A stretch of DNA of 62,343 bases, counting the filler, from Sphacelaria rigidula (taxonomy: Eukaryota), in NCBI GenBank assembly GCA_964200075.2. It is 5 parts of 5 records of this genome, joined end to end, with 100 filler letters (N's around TTAATTAATTAA, not from the genome) between each part and the next. Parts side by side here need not be neighbours in the genome. Positions count along the whole stretch, not along the records: positions 24,979 to 37,367 come from CAXNAA020003827.1; positions 37,468 to 49,855 come from CAXNAA020003828.1; 3 more parts are not named here. One strand, 5' to 3'. The position numbers were made by a program, and so were the translations under genes. Shown here one piece after another: positions 26,801 through 39,366 of the stretch; the stretch's first letter is position 1, and every line of letters begins with the position of its first letter. Below the pieces are notes generated by a model. The model saw only the letters and a program-made list of their open reading frames with translations, made no database searches and had not been told where the DNA came from.

Positions 26801-28805
26801 GATGTCCGTGTTGCAGCTACGCTGTGCGTTTGCCCCAGGTTGCGCACGCAGGAGTGAAAGGCCGCCTCTGCTGCTGTCATGGCTGCCTGTATCTTGGGCG
26901 AAGCTGTATNNNNNNNNNNGTATGGTAACACAGCCGCTATGGCGCGAAAGCCGCCTGTAGCATTTCATTCCCTGAAGATTTTTACACACTGTTGTCTCGA
27001 AGTGTAGCGTTGCAGTTACCGACTTGAGGTACGAGTATTACACTAATAATAGTCGGCAATATGTTTCATACTGTGCGCAGTACACTTCCAACACCGTGTT
27101 CGTACTGACTGTAGAATCTTCGTCCAGGGTCTGGGACATTTCAACAAATAATGCAGGATCTGATACATTTTCACATATAATCTGGCGCGGTGAGATGGTG
27201 GAAAAATCCACCACATCTGGGCGAACTGCAGGTGAGGCAATCGCCAAAATATTCACCTTTAAACTCTGAAACAGTGCACTGGAAGTTGATATCGCTAGAA
27301 GGACACTACCATAACTACCTTACCGGCTGCCATACTGTCAGGACGTAGGATCTACTAGCATTGCTACTTTCTGTACGGGGATGTTGTCCACTTGTCGGGT
27401 ACGTGGGGCAGGGTCCATGGCAGAACGCAGCGGTCGCATGAGATAGGCTTGACCTTGACGTGTCGAGCTTTCGGACCGGCAAACGTTCAGCCTAGACCCT
27501 CACAAATGGTGGGACCTAGATGCTGTTTATTTTCTGGTTTTCTGCGAGCATTCATCCCTAACTGGGCGAAGATTGACGATAGCGCCTGAAGGATCCGTGC
27601 GGTCTGCGAGCCTGATGGAAATTGTACATGCTATACTCGTCATCAGACAGGAGGTGGTAAAAAAACAAGGAATCTGATAAGAATGGCATCCACCGTTTTA
27701 ATGCAGATCGGGCCCGCAGCGCCTTGTGCAGCCACGGCTGCGGCTCCGACACCTTGCTGTAGTATCAATCAACACATTCTCGAAGTTTCGGCATCATCAC
27801 AAGCGAGGTGCGGATTTTCTTGGCGTCTAACCTTCGAAAACACAACCTCCATACGATCGAAAAGGCACAACACTGGATACGTGATCCAAGGCTCCACGAC
27901 CCTTTCAGACATACGCATAAATGCATGTGGGGAGAGTTGAGGAGTATCCATAGTTCGTTTTCCTCGAAATCCGTCTGCAAATTGGACATCCGAGTATCCG
28001 GATATCCGGATATCCGCCACTTTTTTCAATCCGAGGATCGATCCGGGTAAGGCTGCCGGGAATCCGAAATCCGCTTCGTTTGAAAAATTCAAACGGAGCA
28101 CATCTCTAAAAAAAAAGAACCGGAATAAATGACCTGCTGACCTCAATACTCTACCCAACATTTCACGGCTAGGACAAATCATCACGACTCAAAAATCACC
28201 AAATTCACGATTTCTTCGGCCTGATTGCCGAAAAAGGAGAAAAAAGTTGANNNNNNNNNNACGAGTCGACTCATTACACTAAAACCAAGTAATTTTCAGA
28301 CGAATCATTATTTGTCCAACCCTTGCAACATTTGGATACTGAGGGTACGGCTTTCAAAAAAATACCGAGTATTGGGTATACCCTACACGACCTACCCTTG
28401 GTTTTTTGTTGCCGTGTGTGCCGAAGACTCAGCCGCAAATAGTTCCTGATGGAATCAGGTTTCTGTGGGAAGGACACGCACACCGCTGCGGTCTCATGCG
28501 TGTTACGTGTTGTCTGTGAACGTTTTTTTATCCTGCCCAATTGGCATTTGAGGGTGGGGAGGATCTCAGCAATCCTCAGGCCCACAATCAAAACACCACC
28601 GAACCATACCCGCACACGCCGCCTAGCAAGCACATCCCTAACTAAACACGACGAGCCCTAGAAAAACTCAGCAACAAACAGCTGCATGTGTTGGCCACAC
28701 GCATGCACTACAACTACTTCTACTGTACTTTGACACGCGGTATGTTTTGTGATAACTTTTCATGTTGCCGGTTGTAGGTGGATATCGTCCTCTGGAGTAA
28801 CTCAC

Positions 28806-29383
28806 GGGTCGTGTTCGCTGACTCCCAGCAATGTCCCCACAAACCCCTTCTGCCCAGGACCTTGGCCCGCCGGCTCACAGTCCATATCATTAGTATCCGA
28901 TGCCGAAACTTCGGTAGAAGAAGAAGAAGAGCGTACCACGGATCCCCCCCCTCCTCCTCTCACTTTACCCAAAACATGCATACGGCTGCTGCTCCGGTCC
29001 GACATGGCTAGGATCACCGATCGCCCAGCTGCGCCATTGCGGGCAGATTTTAAATTTCGCTCCTTTGGTGAGACGCCTATCAAGGCGCCTGAGGCCACCA
29101 CGAGGCCACCGCCACCAGGTGAGCATAAATCAGAGTCACTGCTTGTTTGGGCAGAGTAACTACACGCGCAGCTGCTGCTGCCCAGCACGCAAGCTGATTT
29201 TACTGCGGACGCATGTAGCTGGTGCTGCCGTTGCTGCCGCGAGTGCGAGGACGCCTTCGGCGGTAAGGCCAGCGCTGAGACTTGGTTGCATGTTTTAGAG
29301 AGGACAATCAAGATATTCAGAGTCACCACGATTGCTTCTATCTTCCGTAGTACCGGGTTCCATTCTGCGCGGTGTGGGCGCAT
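28806..29383 (-). CDS. Probable first exon of an unknown protein with N-terminal signal/targeting peptide
   Basis: ATG 29383, hydrophobic IVVTLNILIVLS...VSA/LAL, Ser/Gly-rich region, strong donor CC|GTGAGT after 28806. Phase-compatible acceptor at 27757 (possible exon from 27756, KVSEPQPWLHKAL...). No recognisable domain. Confidence 0.45.
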
Positions 29384-30374
29384 CGATGACAGCCTCAATG
29401 CCAGCGATGACGATTGTGTAGGCTGACGGCTGCGGAGACAGATGCGTGTCAACGTGTCTTGTTTTACAACGCTATACTAGACTCTAGTACATACCCGTTG
29501 ATGATTTTTCAATCCATATCCGAATGTGCCTGTTGAGCGACTCTTGTCAACTCGCCGCCTCACCGCGCGGCGTCTTCTCTCTTCTCGTTTGGTTGTTGTA
29601 CATGTCGTAGAGGGGATTCCATTGCTACTATGGGCGGATTAAGCAGCACAGCTTCTCCCAAGTCTTCGTTGGAAGCACCGCCCGCTACCATCATGGTACG
29701 TTTGAGAATCATAACTGTAGCGTGAAGTTAACGCCTTTGCGCCGGAGGTTCTCTTGAAAAAAGAGTGAAAATGGTGCCGATTCCGCAAATGGATACCTCC
29801 GGCGCTGAAGGGCTCGGCTGAGCCTCCCGATCACTTTATAACACAGAAGGAGCACCGCATCTGCACAGATGATGGTATACCTTGGCATGTACTCCTGGTC
29901 TCTGACACTCCAAGTTGGTTCGCCACCGACGCGACCATGCATGGCAGAGGGTCGGACAGGCGATACAGGCGATGTGCCAAGTTCTGAAACATACAGTAGT
30001 AAAGAACACTTTGTCCCAATAACCGATACGCTATCAATAATGTGCGGCTGGACACGAAGTCGAATAACGCCGTTTCCCACAGAACTACATGTTTTGAGAG
30101 GGGTGGTAGATGTGTACAAGGGAAACCAGGAAGTGCTCATAGGGTTACAAACTCCACGCTGTGGTCGACAGACAAATGAACGTATCCATCGGCAACCACC
30201 CATGAATGTCAAAAAGTGTTGACTGGGTTTCTTTGATGAGAGTCCACGCGGTGCGGAAGTCTTGATCCAATATGCGAGAGCGAAATGCAAGGTGTGTATT
30301 GTACCGGGGCGGAGATGGATTGGTCCCTTGTGGCGACCGACTCGTCCCGAAGAAGGGAAGGGGGCACAAAAGTG

Positions 30375-30632
30375 CATAGTCGGACAGATCATGATCTGTC
30401 TGAAACAACTAATGAAAGAAGACTCTCGAGTCCGTTGGTCCAAAAACACAGAATATGTGACAGCGGAGTCGGTAAAGCCAAAGCGCAACCTTTGCACTAC
30501 TCGGCATGCTCAGCGTCCGGCACTGTAAGGAGCAAACATGGAAAAGTAGGGTCAGATGATACGGATCATGATCCGGATCAGTATACTGAGATGAAGTAAT
30601 TTTCAGACGGATCATGATCTGTCCGACGTGTG
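30375..30632. mobile_element. hAT-type MITE, 258 bp, with 8-bp TSD
   Basis: TIRs CATAGTCGGACAGATCATGATCTGTCTGAAA / TTTCAGACGGATCATGATCTGTCCGACGTGTG; CAAAAGTG duplicated at 30367-30374 and 30633-30640. Confidence 0.8.
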
Positions 30633-31679
30633 CAAAAGTGTGACAAAAGGGGGAGGGCGGGGGGGGGGGAGTCACCCACAGTCAGCCGATGTTGCCCTGC
30701 TGAGTCGTTAATGCTGCAACCCGTGACGTATGCGGACCCGCGAGTCGCTGCGTAGAAATTCCTATTACGACGGCAATCACGAGCGAGCACAATAGCCTAC
30801 GATGGCTGAATAGCTGAGCGTTGATAGTATCCCGGTACGCGCACCAGGGGAGAACAAGCAGTTTCCGCACGTCCTCAGAATAAGATATATCACCACACAA
30901 AAGACCCCTGAAGCATGGACGTGGTGCTCTTGAAGAGTACATTGAACGGCTACACCCCAAACTGGGGGTGCGGTTTGCACTGCCGCGTGAACCAGACCAT
31001 GTCATGCCCGCGATGAGCACATTTTAGATCCAGAATTCGACGGCAGCGAAAGAGTACCAGGCGATATGATGTCGCATTCTCAAACGATGTTCTGGGTCGC
31101 AATAGTTGAACTACACTCCTTGGCTGAATCGAATGCTTGTCGGCAGCCATAGGTACCAATCGCTAGGCGTGGTCGCGGCCGTGAGTTCCCGTGGGTGCCC
31201 ACGATTGACCATGAACTGCCAGCAGCGTTGCACGCGGCGACTCACGAGCAGCGAAACCAGCCACAAACAACCACCCATGGGCTGACTCATGCACAGAGCC
31301 ATGATCATCTACGATTGCTCACGCGGCTATGCATGGGTACCTGTGGGCATCTGTGAGTGTCTTCGAGATGAGTGCACGATTAGTAGCATAACGTCTTTCT
31401 TCAACTAGTTTGTCTTGTCTGCACATAGCTACTCGGCAGTCGTGTGGACTGCGGTACGGGCTATATCGATCAGGGCTTACGCAAAAATTACCCCAGATGT
31501 CTGGGTGCATCCACCCGTGGGTGAGTGACCCATGGGTCTCCATGGCTCACGTCGGGGAGTGTAAATGGTCCACCGCACTGTCAATGGCTCGATCGAAGAA
31601 GTGCTTGTGTTGCTATTTTAGCGGAGGCAGGGCCTGGCTGGCCCAAGTTAGTTCGCCTTTTTTGCGTTTTTTGCGAAAA

Positions 31680-34600
31680 CCCTAGTCGATATAGCCTGTA
31701 CTGCAGTGCACACGACTGCCGAGTAGCTGTGTGCAGACAAGACAAACTAGTTGAAGACATACGTTATGCTACGAATGGTACAATCATCTCAAAGCTCAAA
31801 TCACTAGAAAGAAGAAATAGGAAGGGCTAATGTGTAGCTGCTCAACCGAAATAAAAATGCGAGACTTTGACCTGTAACCTGGTAGTGACACCTACAGTTA
31901 AATGATTTCCCCAATTAATAATGCCTCGTCGGATAGCTCGGTATATTTCGATCAATACCCGTCGAAACATGCCCTCCCTTGGTTCCTCTCGGCATCAACG
32001 ACCTGACAGGCCGTCGACAACACTACACTATCGAACACTGGAAGGGAAACCAGGGACCCGCCGGGAAGAGTCCATTTCAGCCAGGAACAAATGCCGCAAA
32101 CTTACCTAATTTGCAGTCTAAGATTCAGAAGTTGAATCCCCTCCTCAACATGTCGCACATATTAATCCTTTTCGTAGATGATAACTTGCGCCATTCAGTA
32201 CACGTAGACAGGAAACTCGATCAGCTATGAATGGCAACCATAGCCCGGAACTAACATAATCGCAGATTAAATAACTTTCAACTGCGATCCAGAGCGAAGT
32301 CAAATCTCCTCGCAATCTCGGAGTTGCTACTCATCACATCCCCACGCGCATGACCTGATAAGGTCACTGGCTATAACACGCATTTTTTTAATGGAACAAT
32401 GAACTCAATCCCCTCCGAAAAACAACCAGAAACACAAATACAAGCGTACAGAAGAAAACCACTCAGCCTACTTGATCTTCATTGCGGCCTTCCCGTAGTG
32501 CTCGATACTTGCTCCAGGAAAAGGATTGGTCATGATGCCGGCGTGTTGTTGTTATCCGAATGGGATGTGTTCGAACCGAACCTCGCCTTCACTAACTAGC
32601 TCACGAAGAGAATGTCACCTTCAAAAACCGTGGTGCACTTCTCCACATCCAGTGGAACAAATTTGAGGAGCCCCCGCACTAACGGCACCTCTACGGCCAC
32701 TCGCCAGCTGCTACGTACTATACCTCAACAATGGACAACGATGGATTGCCCTGCGTGCTCGACAAGCCAACCACAATTGCACCTCCAGGGATCAATACCA
32801 CCTGTCGAATATCTTCTCTCGAGCGAGTTGGCATAGTCGATGCCGGCCGGTGTCGACGTATGCCACTAGTCCCTCACTAGAACCACGTTCGTGAGTGATA
32901 CGTAGATGGCGCGAGCTACTTAGATACTCCAGAATGCGAACCTCCTTCAGCCAGTCGCCACGTGAAAAATTATGGCAGTGTCACGATGCTTCCTCACAGC
33001 GTCCGCGATGTCGGGGCAAGTATCGTTGGACAGTCAAATTAAGGCTCCCATCACCTGCCTGTACGGCACATCCACCTCAGACCCCCACTTGTGCACCTGT
33101 GTCGTCGTTTTAGGTGCAACATATGCGGGGTTGGGGGCAGTGCGCGTGATATCAAACTTGTCGATGATTTTTTCTACTGACGCGAACTGAGAAATGTTGA
33201 CCGTACCGTTGTCCCATTTGCGCTCGTACCGACATCCGCCGTAGCATGCTACTTCTCCAAGATCCTTTGTATGAATATGAGTAACGAAGCTGCCCTTACC
33301 TCAGCACACTCCTCCTTGCTACATACCACGAGAAGGTCATCCACATGCATAGTCAACTATGCTTTCACGTGGCTCTCCTCTACCAACCTGAAAAAGCACG
33401 GTTCAATCAAGCACTGCTCAAACCAGTACTTCTTCACGTCTGTCACAAGCTCGGCGTCCTAAGCCGTACCTACTTGCTTGAGCCCATAAGCCGCTTTCGA
33501 GACTCATAGCGCCAGGAAAAATCACCACAGCCTTCCGCTAATCGTACGTTGATCTCCTCCTCTAGAGATGACTAAACGAACGCTTGCTCTACATCCAAGT
33601 GATAAATATCGAGGTTATGTTGGCACGCATATTCAGTGACTATTCTTGGCATGAGACCAGGTGAGGTTGTAGCGAAGGCCATGATCGAAATCGACGCCAG
33701 GCTGCTGCAGGAGTCCCGAACACAAAAATCTAGCCTTGGGTTCGGTCACAAATCCATCCTGATTCAACTTTCAACTATACTGCAACTTCGTACCAACGGC
33801 CTCGCGCCCCTCAGGCACTTTATCTACCACCTCGAAAATCCCGTTGTCCACAAACCGATAAAACTCACTTTGCGTGGCCTCTTCCCTCAGTTTCCTATCT
33901 CTGCGATTCGAAGAGTTTACGGCGCGTCTTGAGTGCCAGCACTATCTCAGAAACGTGCACCCTTTCAACACCACCCGAGAAAAAACAAAACGGAACACTC
34001 GCTGAAGAGAGGTATAGGAAACAAAACGGAGGAATGGCGAAACAAATTAATATTGGCGAGACCGTTGAGGGGCATGAAGCCAGGGGCAAGCATAGCTGGC
34101 CGGCGACGAGAAACGAGGAGCTCGGATAGTATTCATGTGTCGTTCAGGAGGAAAATTCATTTTTGCCCATTGCCCATGGGTACGTGTACTCCCGACTCAT
34201 CAACCAATGGCAGATGTTCATTGTCGGCCGCAACTGAGAAAAACTTCAAGTCTTCTAGCACAGGTACATGCGTTACGTTTCCAATTGAAATCTGAACCCA
34301 CATGCGTCACTCCGGAAAAGTAAAGTTGGACTCCCGTACCCTTCAACGCGAAGTATCAAACCATTCGCGATTGTCAAGCCAACTCTACCGCCAGTCTTGG
34401 CATAGTGGTCTATACCCTCCTACACAGGGGGTATTCATGCACGGTGATCCACTACCCGCAAATCCATTCCTCCCCTTCCCCATGCTCTGCTGAAGCTAAC
34501 ACAGTCCTCTCCTCCACCCCGATCCACAAAAGAATTTCGCCTGCTGTCGGGACCATCCATGCCCCGTGGATATGGTTGAAACGCACATATTTCACTCCTC

Positions 34601-36410
34601 GAGCTTGTTTCGCCGGGCTTGGGCAATCAGCTGCAACATGGCCCACCCGAGTACACTTATTGCCCTTGTTCTTCGGACAGCAACTGTTGATGTGCCCAAC
34701 GTTTTCGCAGTCGAAATATTTCCGTTTCTCCGACGTTCCTATAGCGGGCACGGTACCTCTTCGTTTCGGGACCGTCGTCGAAACAGGTGTTGATGTTGAT
34801 GTATTGTTACAACACTGATCCTGGTGGCTTGGCCGGAGCGATTGCAGCCTCCGCCAACCCCTCAATGGCCAGCGCCGCGGTCAGTCGCAGCGAACAGTGC
34901 GCGACTATCACTCTCCTCGTTTCCCCGAACAGTAGCTCTCATTTGGGCTAGCGAAGCATCGTTCCTAGCAGAGTAGCGCATGGGATCTAGAAGGGAAAAG
35001 GGACATAATTTTCCCGGTAACTGCCGTGTCTGATACAGCGCCCCCTTTTGCACAATCTCAGCTGCTGGAGTCATGACAGCAAGGGCAGTATCTTCAGGGT
35101 CGGTCCCTACCTTGTGCTGTATGGCATTGAACGTTCCAAGCAACACCACATCAGCACCGGCAGAAGTCGGGGAGTAATGTTTCTCCAGCCGTGACCACCC
35201 AACTGACGGCGATCCAGATCTGAGCACGATCCGCATGCTGACACTGTCCTCCGTGTTTCCCAACAAAAAAACGATATAATATCTTGGCAGCAATAGCCTG
35301 TCTGTGCGAAATCTCAAGCTCTACTAACTGTGTAGAAGCCATCATGAGAAAAACTTGTACATATATATATATATATATCTGTTGTCAACGCCATGTCTAA
35401 ACCATGCCAAGATAGGTGAGCTGGCGAAATTCTCCGCCACATCGCCCAATCGCTCAGCTTTATCGGAAAAAGGAACCTGCTTGGTATAAACCTTACCGAT
35501 AGATGAAAACGCGAGATCCGACAAGTCGTTTGTCTCCGCATTAGACCCCTATGATTGAGTTTCACCCCTGGCATTTACTCGTAGTCCATCAGCGATGTAC
35601 CGCCCACACTAGAATCAACATCCAAACCAAAACCGCCAACACCAACACTGTCTGGCTTACCCCACGGGGGTATTCACCTGTTGCACTATCGTGCGAGTTT
35701 TCCACCCCGCCTTCCGGTTGAACGTCGCCAAATCCAATACCACCCCTTCTGTGGCTCGTGAATCGCGCTGATCTCAGAACGGTACCAAATGGGGCCGCTG
35801 CAGAGTTGAAACCGCTCAGCCTACCAGCTTCTCCCACCAGATCGCCACCAGAAGCACCTGCCTTCCAATCCGAGCAGCTTCCGCCTTCTCACGACGGTAT
35901 TGCTCTTCTTAGGTTTCTCCCTTTTCTTACCTCTGCCGTTGATCTTCATTCAACCACGCAAGTCTAACTTGTATCGCTTTGATCAGCTCAATCGAATGCA
36001 TATGGTGTTCGTTTTCTTTATTCAATTGCTCTCGTAATGCGATCGGCTCTAGCTTTTCCTCACCACTTGTCACGGTACCAGGTCAACCAATTGGACGCTA
36101 GCGTGATAGATATAGCCCGTACCGCAGTACACACGACTGCCGCGTAGCCATGTGCTGGCAAGACGAGGTGTTTCAAGAGACAATATATATATATATAACT
36201 AATTGCGCTTTCAGCTCAGAGCGCACAACCACCAGAAGGAAGAAACCGGAAAAATGCAGGGGAATACTAACGTGTAGTTGATCAACCCGAACAACAATAC
36301 GAGATCTTCATCTGTAACCAGATTCTGACACCTACCCGAGTAGAAAGATTTCTTCACTCATAATGCCTCGTCGGATACCCCGATATCTTCCGGCCAACAC
36401 CCGTCGACGT
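31680..36410 (-). mobile_element. Degenerate Ty1/copia LTR retrotransposon, integrase apparently deleted
   Basis: Diverged direct repeats ~31685-31969 and ~36105-36410. PPT AAGGGAGGGCA at 31970-31980 followed by TG. PBS-like TGGTACCGTGACAAG at 36066-36080. Gag-like segment ~35000-35500, two zinc knuckles (CENVGHINSCC, CTRVGHVAADC), protease remnant (IANG..VEGYG...NVTHVP), RT remnants (KARF..G..QQPGVDF, HLDVEQAFV, YGLKQ, HVDDLL), RNase H remnant. Many stops and frameshifts. Confidence 0.9.
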
Positions 36411-37864
36411 TACCTGAAGTAAACTAATTCACCACACACACCCGGGACTGATGATTGACATAATGCACACAATAGAGAAACAGGTGGTCTCGCGGAGCAT
36501 CCAGCAACCCGACCGAGTCAGTGGTTCGTTTCATCCATGGTTATATGAACTGCATATCCATCCATCATCTTGTCCCGGACGACTATAGATCAAGAAAAAG
36601 GAGGAGTTAGTAATAGTCGACACGCTGCTGGAGGAGGGATTGAACGACGGTGACCTTCCTCACCTCTGTCTTGACAAGACCTTACTGCACAACTCTGGTC
36701 ATAGGTGAGGGCAGAAAAGGATCTTCAGTCAACAAAGATGGCTGCGTACGGATATTGCCATACTCACGAGGATCAAACTTTGTGCCTAGACGCGGGAAGG
36801 CAAGCTGTGGGCCTATGTCAATCTCAGGCATAATGTAGATGTAGCCACGCCCGAGAGGCTACAAGTAACGGCGGGCGAATTGATTCCAAGCTGTTTTCCA
36901 TCATTGATAGGCGAGGTGCCACGAACAAGAGGTGGATCAAAATCGAATTTCCGTTCATTGAGCGTTTGGTGAAATCAGAATTGCAGGTATACACACGGTA
37001 CAAACACAGCATGTTGCTGGGGGGATGTAGATCAATCGGCGTGAACGTGTGAATACAGCCCGATACGAGCAACGAACCCCTCCATTACCGTTGAAGGCAA
37101 GGCACATTGATCCTCGGGTTCATTGATGACCGCACATTTGGTGATCCCCGGGAGGTCCAGCAGCTGCAGGACAGGCATACCCGAGGCAAATAAATCCAAA
37201 ACACCCGCTTAAGAAACCACGAGAAGTTAAAGTTGGTGAAGCACGCGGAGTGAACGGAACCAAAAAACGAGGCAAAGACAGGAAAAAGAAGGAAGGGGGA
37301 GGGAGGGGTGTACTCATGATCATGCATGCCATAGTCATCAGACCATTGACCTCGCATCCCTACAAAGNNNNNNNNNNNNNNNNNNNNNNNNNNNNNNNNN
37401 NNNNNNNNNNNTTAATTAATTAANNNNNNNNNNNNNNNNNNNNNNNNNNNNNNNNNNNNNNNNNNNNCTGGGCTGCGTGTACCTGGGTTGAAGCGCTGAA
37501 ATAAAGCCTAGGGATTGAGTCGTCACGAGTCGACTCATTATACTAAAACCAAGTAGTTTCCAGACGAATCATTATTTGTCCGACCCTTGGAGTATTCACA
37601 CTCGACAGAGTCCTCGCGATGACGCTGAGTACCCGTAGCCGTCGGCACTTGGAGGTTTTGAGGACGTCAAGGATTGGCCGCACAGGAGAGTTCAGGATTT
37701 CGGCGGATTCGATTCAGGATGTATGGACAAGCATCGTCGACCTGGCGACGAAGGCCGTCGAGGAGAAAGGGCGCGTAGCGCGACGGCGGGGGAGGCGGAG
37801 GCGGCGGGGGAGGCTCTACACGGACTGAAAAGCGGCAGCAGGTTTGGTCATTTACGCCGCGAGG

Positions 37865-37894
37865 CCCTAACCCTAACCCTACCCCTAACCCCAA
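37865..37894 (+). repeat. Short interstitial telomere-type repeat (CCCTAA-like x5)
   Basis: CCCTAA CCCTAA CCCTAC CCCTAA CCCCAA directly abutting the foldback end. Confidence 0.7.
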
Positions 37895-38733
37895 GGCGAT
37901 AAAGGCAGAGCAGACTTCGAGCCACTGTCAGAAGGCAGAGGCCGTATGACTTACACAAGCAGGCTATCATACGGTATCACTTGTTCAACTTTTCTCAACA
38001 CTTGCCCCCTCCCGCTCCCCCCTCACATGATCGACATGTCTCCCCGACAAGGGCCCTTGTGCAATCGTGAAAACACGCTGAGGCTAGTCACCCTCGCGTT
38101 GCCCTCCGCTTCCTTGCGGGGGGTACGTGCCGCGGGGCCCTTGCTGTCGCCGTCGTCCTCACCGTCGCTTGAATCTACCATTCCAAGTGCCGGCAACGCC
38201 CGTAAGGGTCGATACAACGATCGCGGGCAGGAACGGGATGCCGTTGCCGCGGACGACGCCTTACGGGCGTTGCCGGCAGTTGGAATGGTAGATTCAAGCG
38301 ACAGTGAGGATGACGGCAACAGCATGGGCCCCGCGGCACGTACCCCCCGCAAGGAAGCGGAGGGTACGCCGAGGCAACGACGGTGGGCAGGAACGGGATG
38401 CCGTTGCCGCGGACGACGCCTTACGGGCATTGCCGGCAGTTGGAATGGTAGATTCAAGCGACAGCGAGGACGACGGCCACAGCAAGGGCCCCGCGGCACG
38501 TACCCCCCGCAAGGAAGCGGAGGGCAACGTGAGAGTGAATATGGCCTCAGCATGTTTTCACGATTGCACAAGGGCCCTTGTCGGGGGGACATGTCGGCCA
38601 TGGGACGGGGGAGCGGGAGGGGACAAGTGTTGAGAAAAGTTGAACAAGTAGTATCGTGTGGTAGCATGCTTGTGTAAGTCATGCGGCCTCTGCCTTCTGA
38701 CAGTGGCTCGAAGTCTGCTCTGCCTTTATCGCC
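37895..38733. repeat. Composite foldback element: ~315-bp inverted arms with an internal 160-bp tandem unit
   Basis: Ends GGCGATAAAGGCAGAGCAGACTTCGAGCCACTGTCAGAAGGCAGAGGCC and its exact reverse complement. Unit copies on + start at ~38215 and ~38375; a partial copy on - lies at ~38097-38208. Confidence 0.9.
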
Positions 38734-38930
38734 GTGTACGCATGTAAATGATGGAGGGACAGGGGGGTGTAAACATAATCTTGCATACCCCAGTCATAAC
38801 GGCGAAGGGCTTTGCATCCCTACGAAGCCGGGACTGAGCAATCCGGAGTTTCGCTGATTTCCAACAGTACAATCGTCCTCAAAACACACACACACATGTT
38901 TTACTTTGAAACACTCGAGACAATCAAATA

Positions 38931-39366
38931 AATAGGCGAACGTCACATACCTCTTTGGGTGTGTACATGGACGCCGTCGTCCATTGCTATACGTACTCCC
39001 TCACACGCGGCTCTGAGTGGTCTCCACGTGGCTGGGGTCTGGGTGTCCTTCATCAGTCGGCGTGCCTCCCGCCCTTTGGCAAGCGCTACTTCTACTGTTG
39101 CTGTCGTGCCAGGTTTTCACACCATCCCGACATACGCGGTAGACGTACACGCGGGTATCACGAATGCCGAAATGGTGTGAAAACCCCGAGACGAGAGCAA
39201 CAGTACAGACAGGGCTTGCCAAGCGACGGGAGGCACGCCCACAGATGAAGCCCAACCGGGCCCCAGCAACGTGGAAAACACTTGGAGCCATGTGTGAGGG
39301 AGTACGTACGGCGATCGACGACGGCGTCAGTGCACACCTAGAGAGGAGGCACGTGGCGAGGCTATT
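38931..39366. repeat. ~435-bp imperfect palindrome (MITE-like foldback)
   Basis: Arms ~38931-39134 and ~39164-39366, e.g. ACGTACTCCCTCACAC / GTGTGAGGGAGTACGT and GGTTTTCACACCAT / ATGGTGTGAAAACC. Confidence 0.85.

Noticed and set aside
31360..36410. DIRS/tyrosine-recombinase element, suggested by inverted terminal copies
   Set aside because: RT and protease motifs, PPT and PBS are copia-type; no recombinase seen.
37946..38682. Mirror-image 243-aa and 219-aa ORFs on opposite strands
   Set aside because: They follow from a GC-rich palindrome; no domain recognised.
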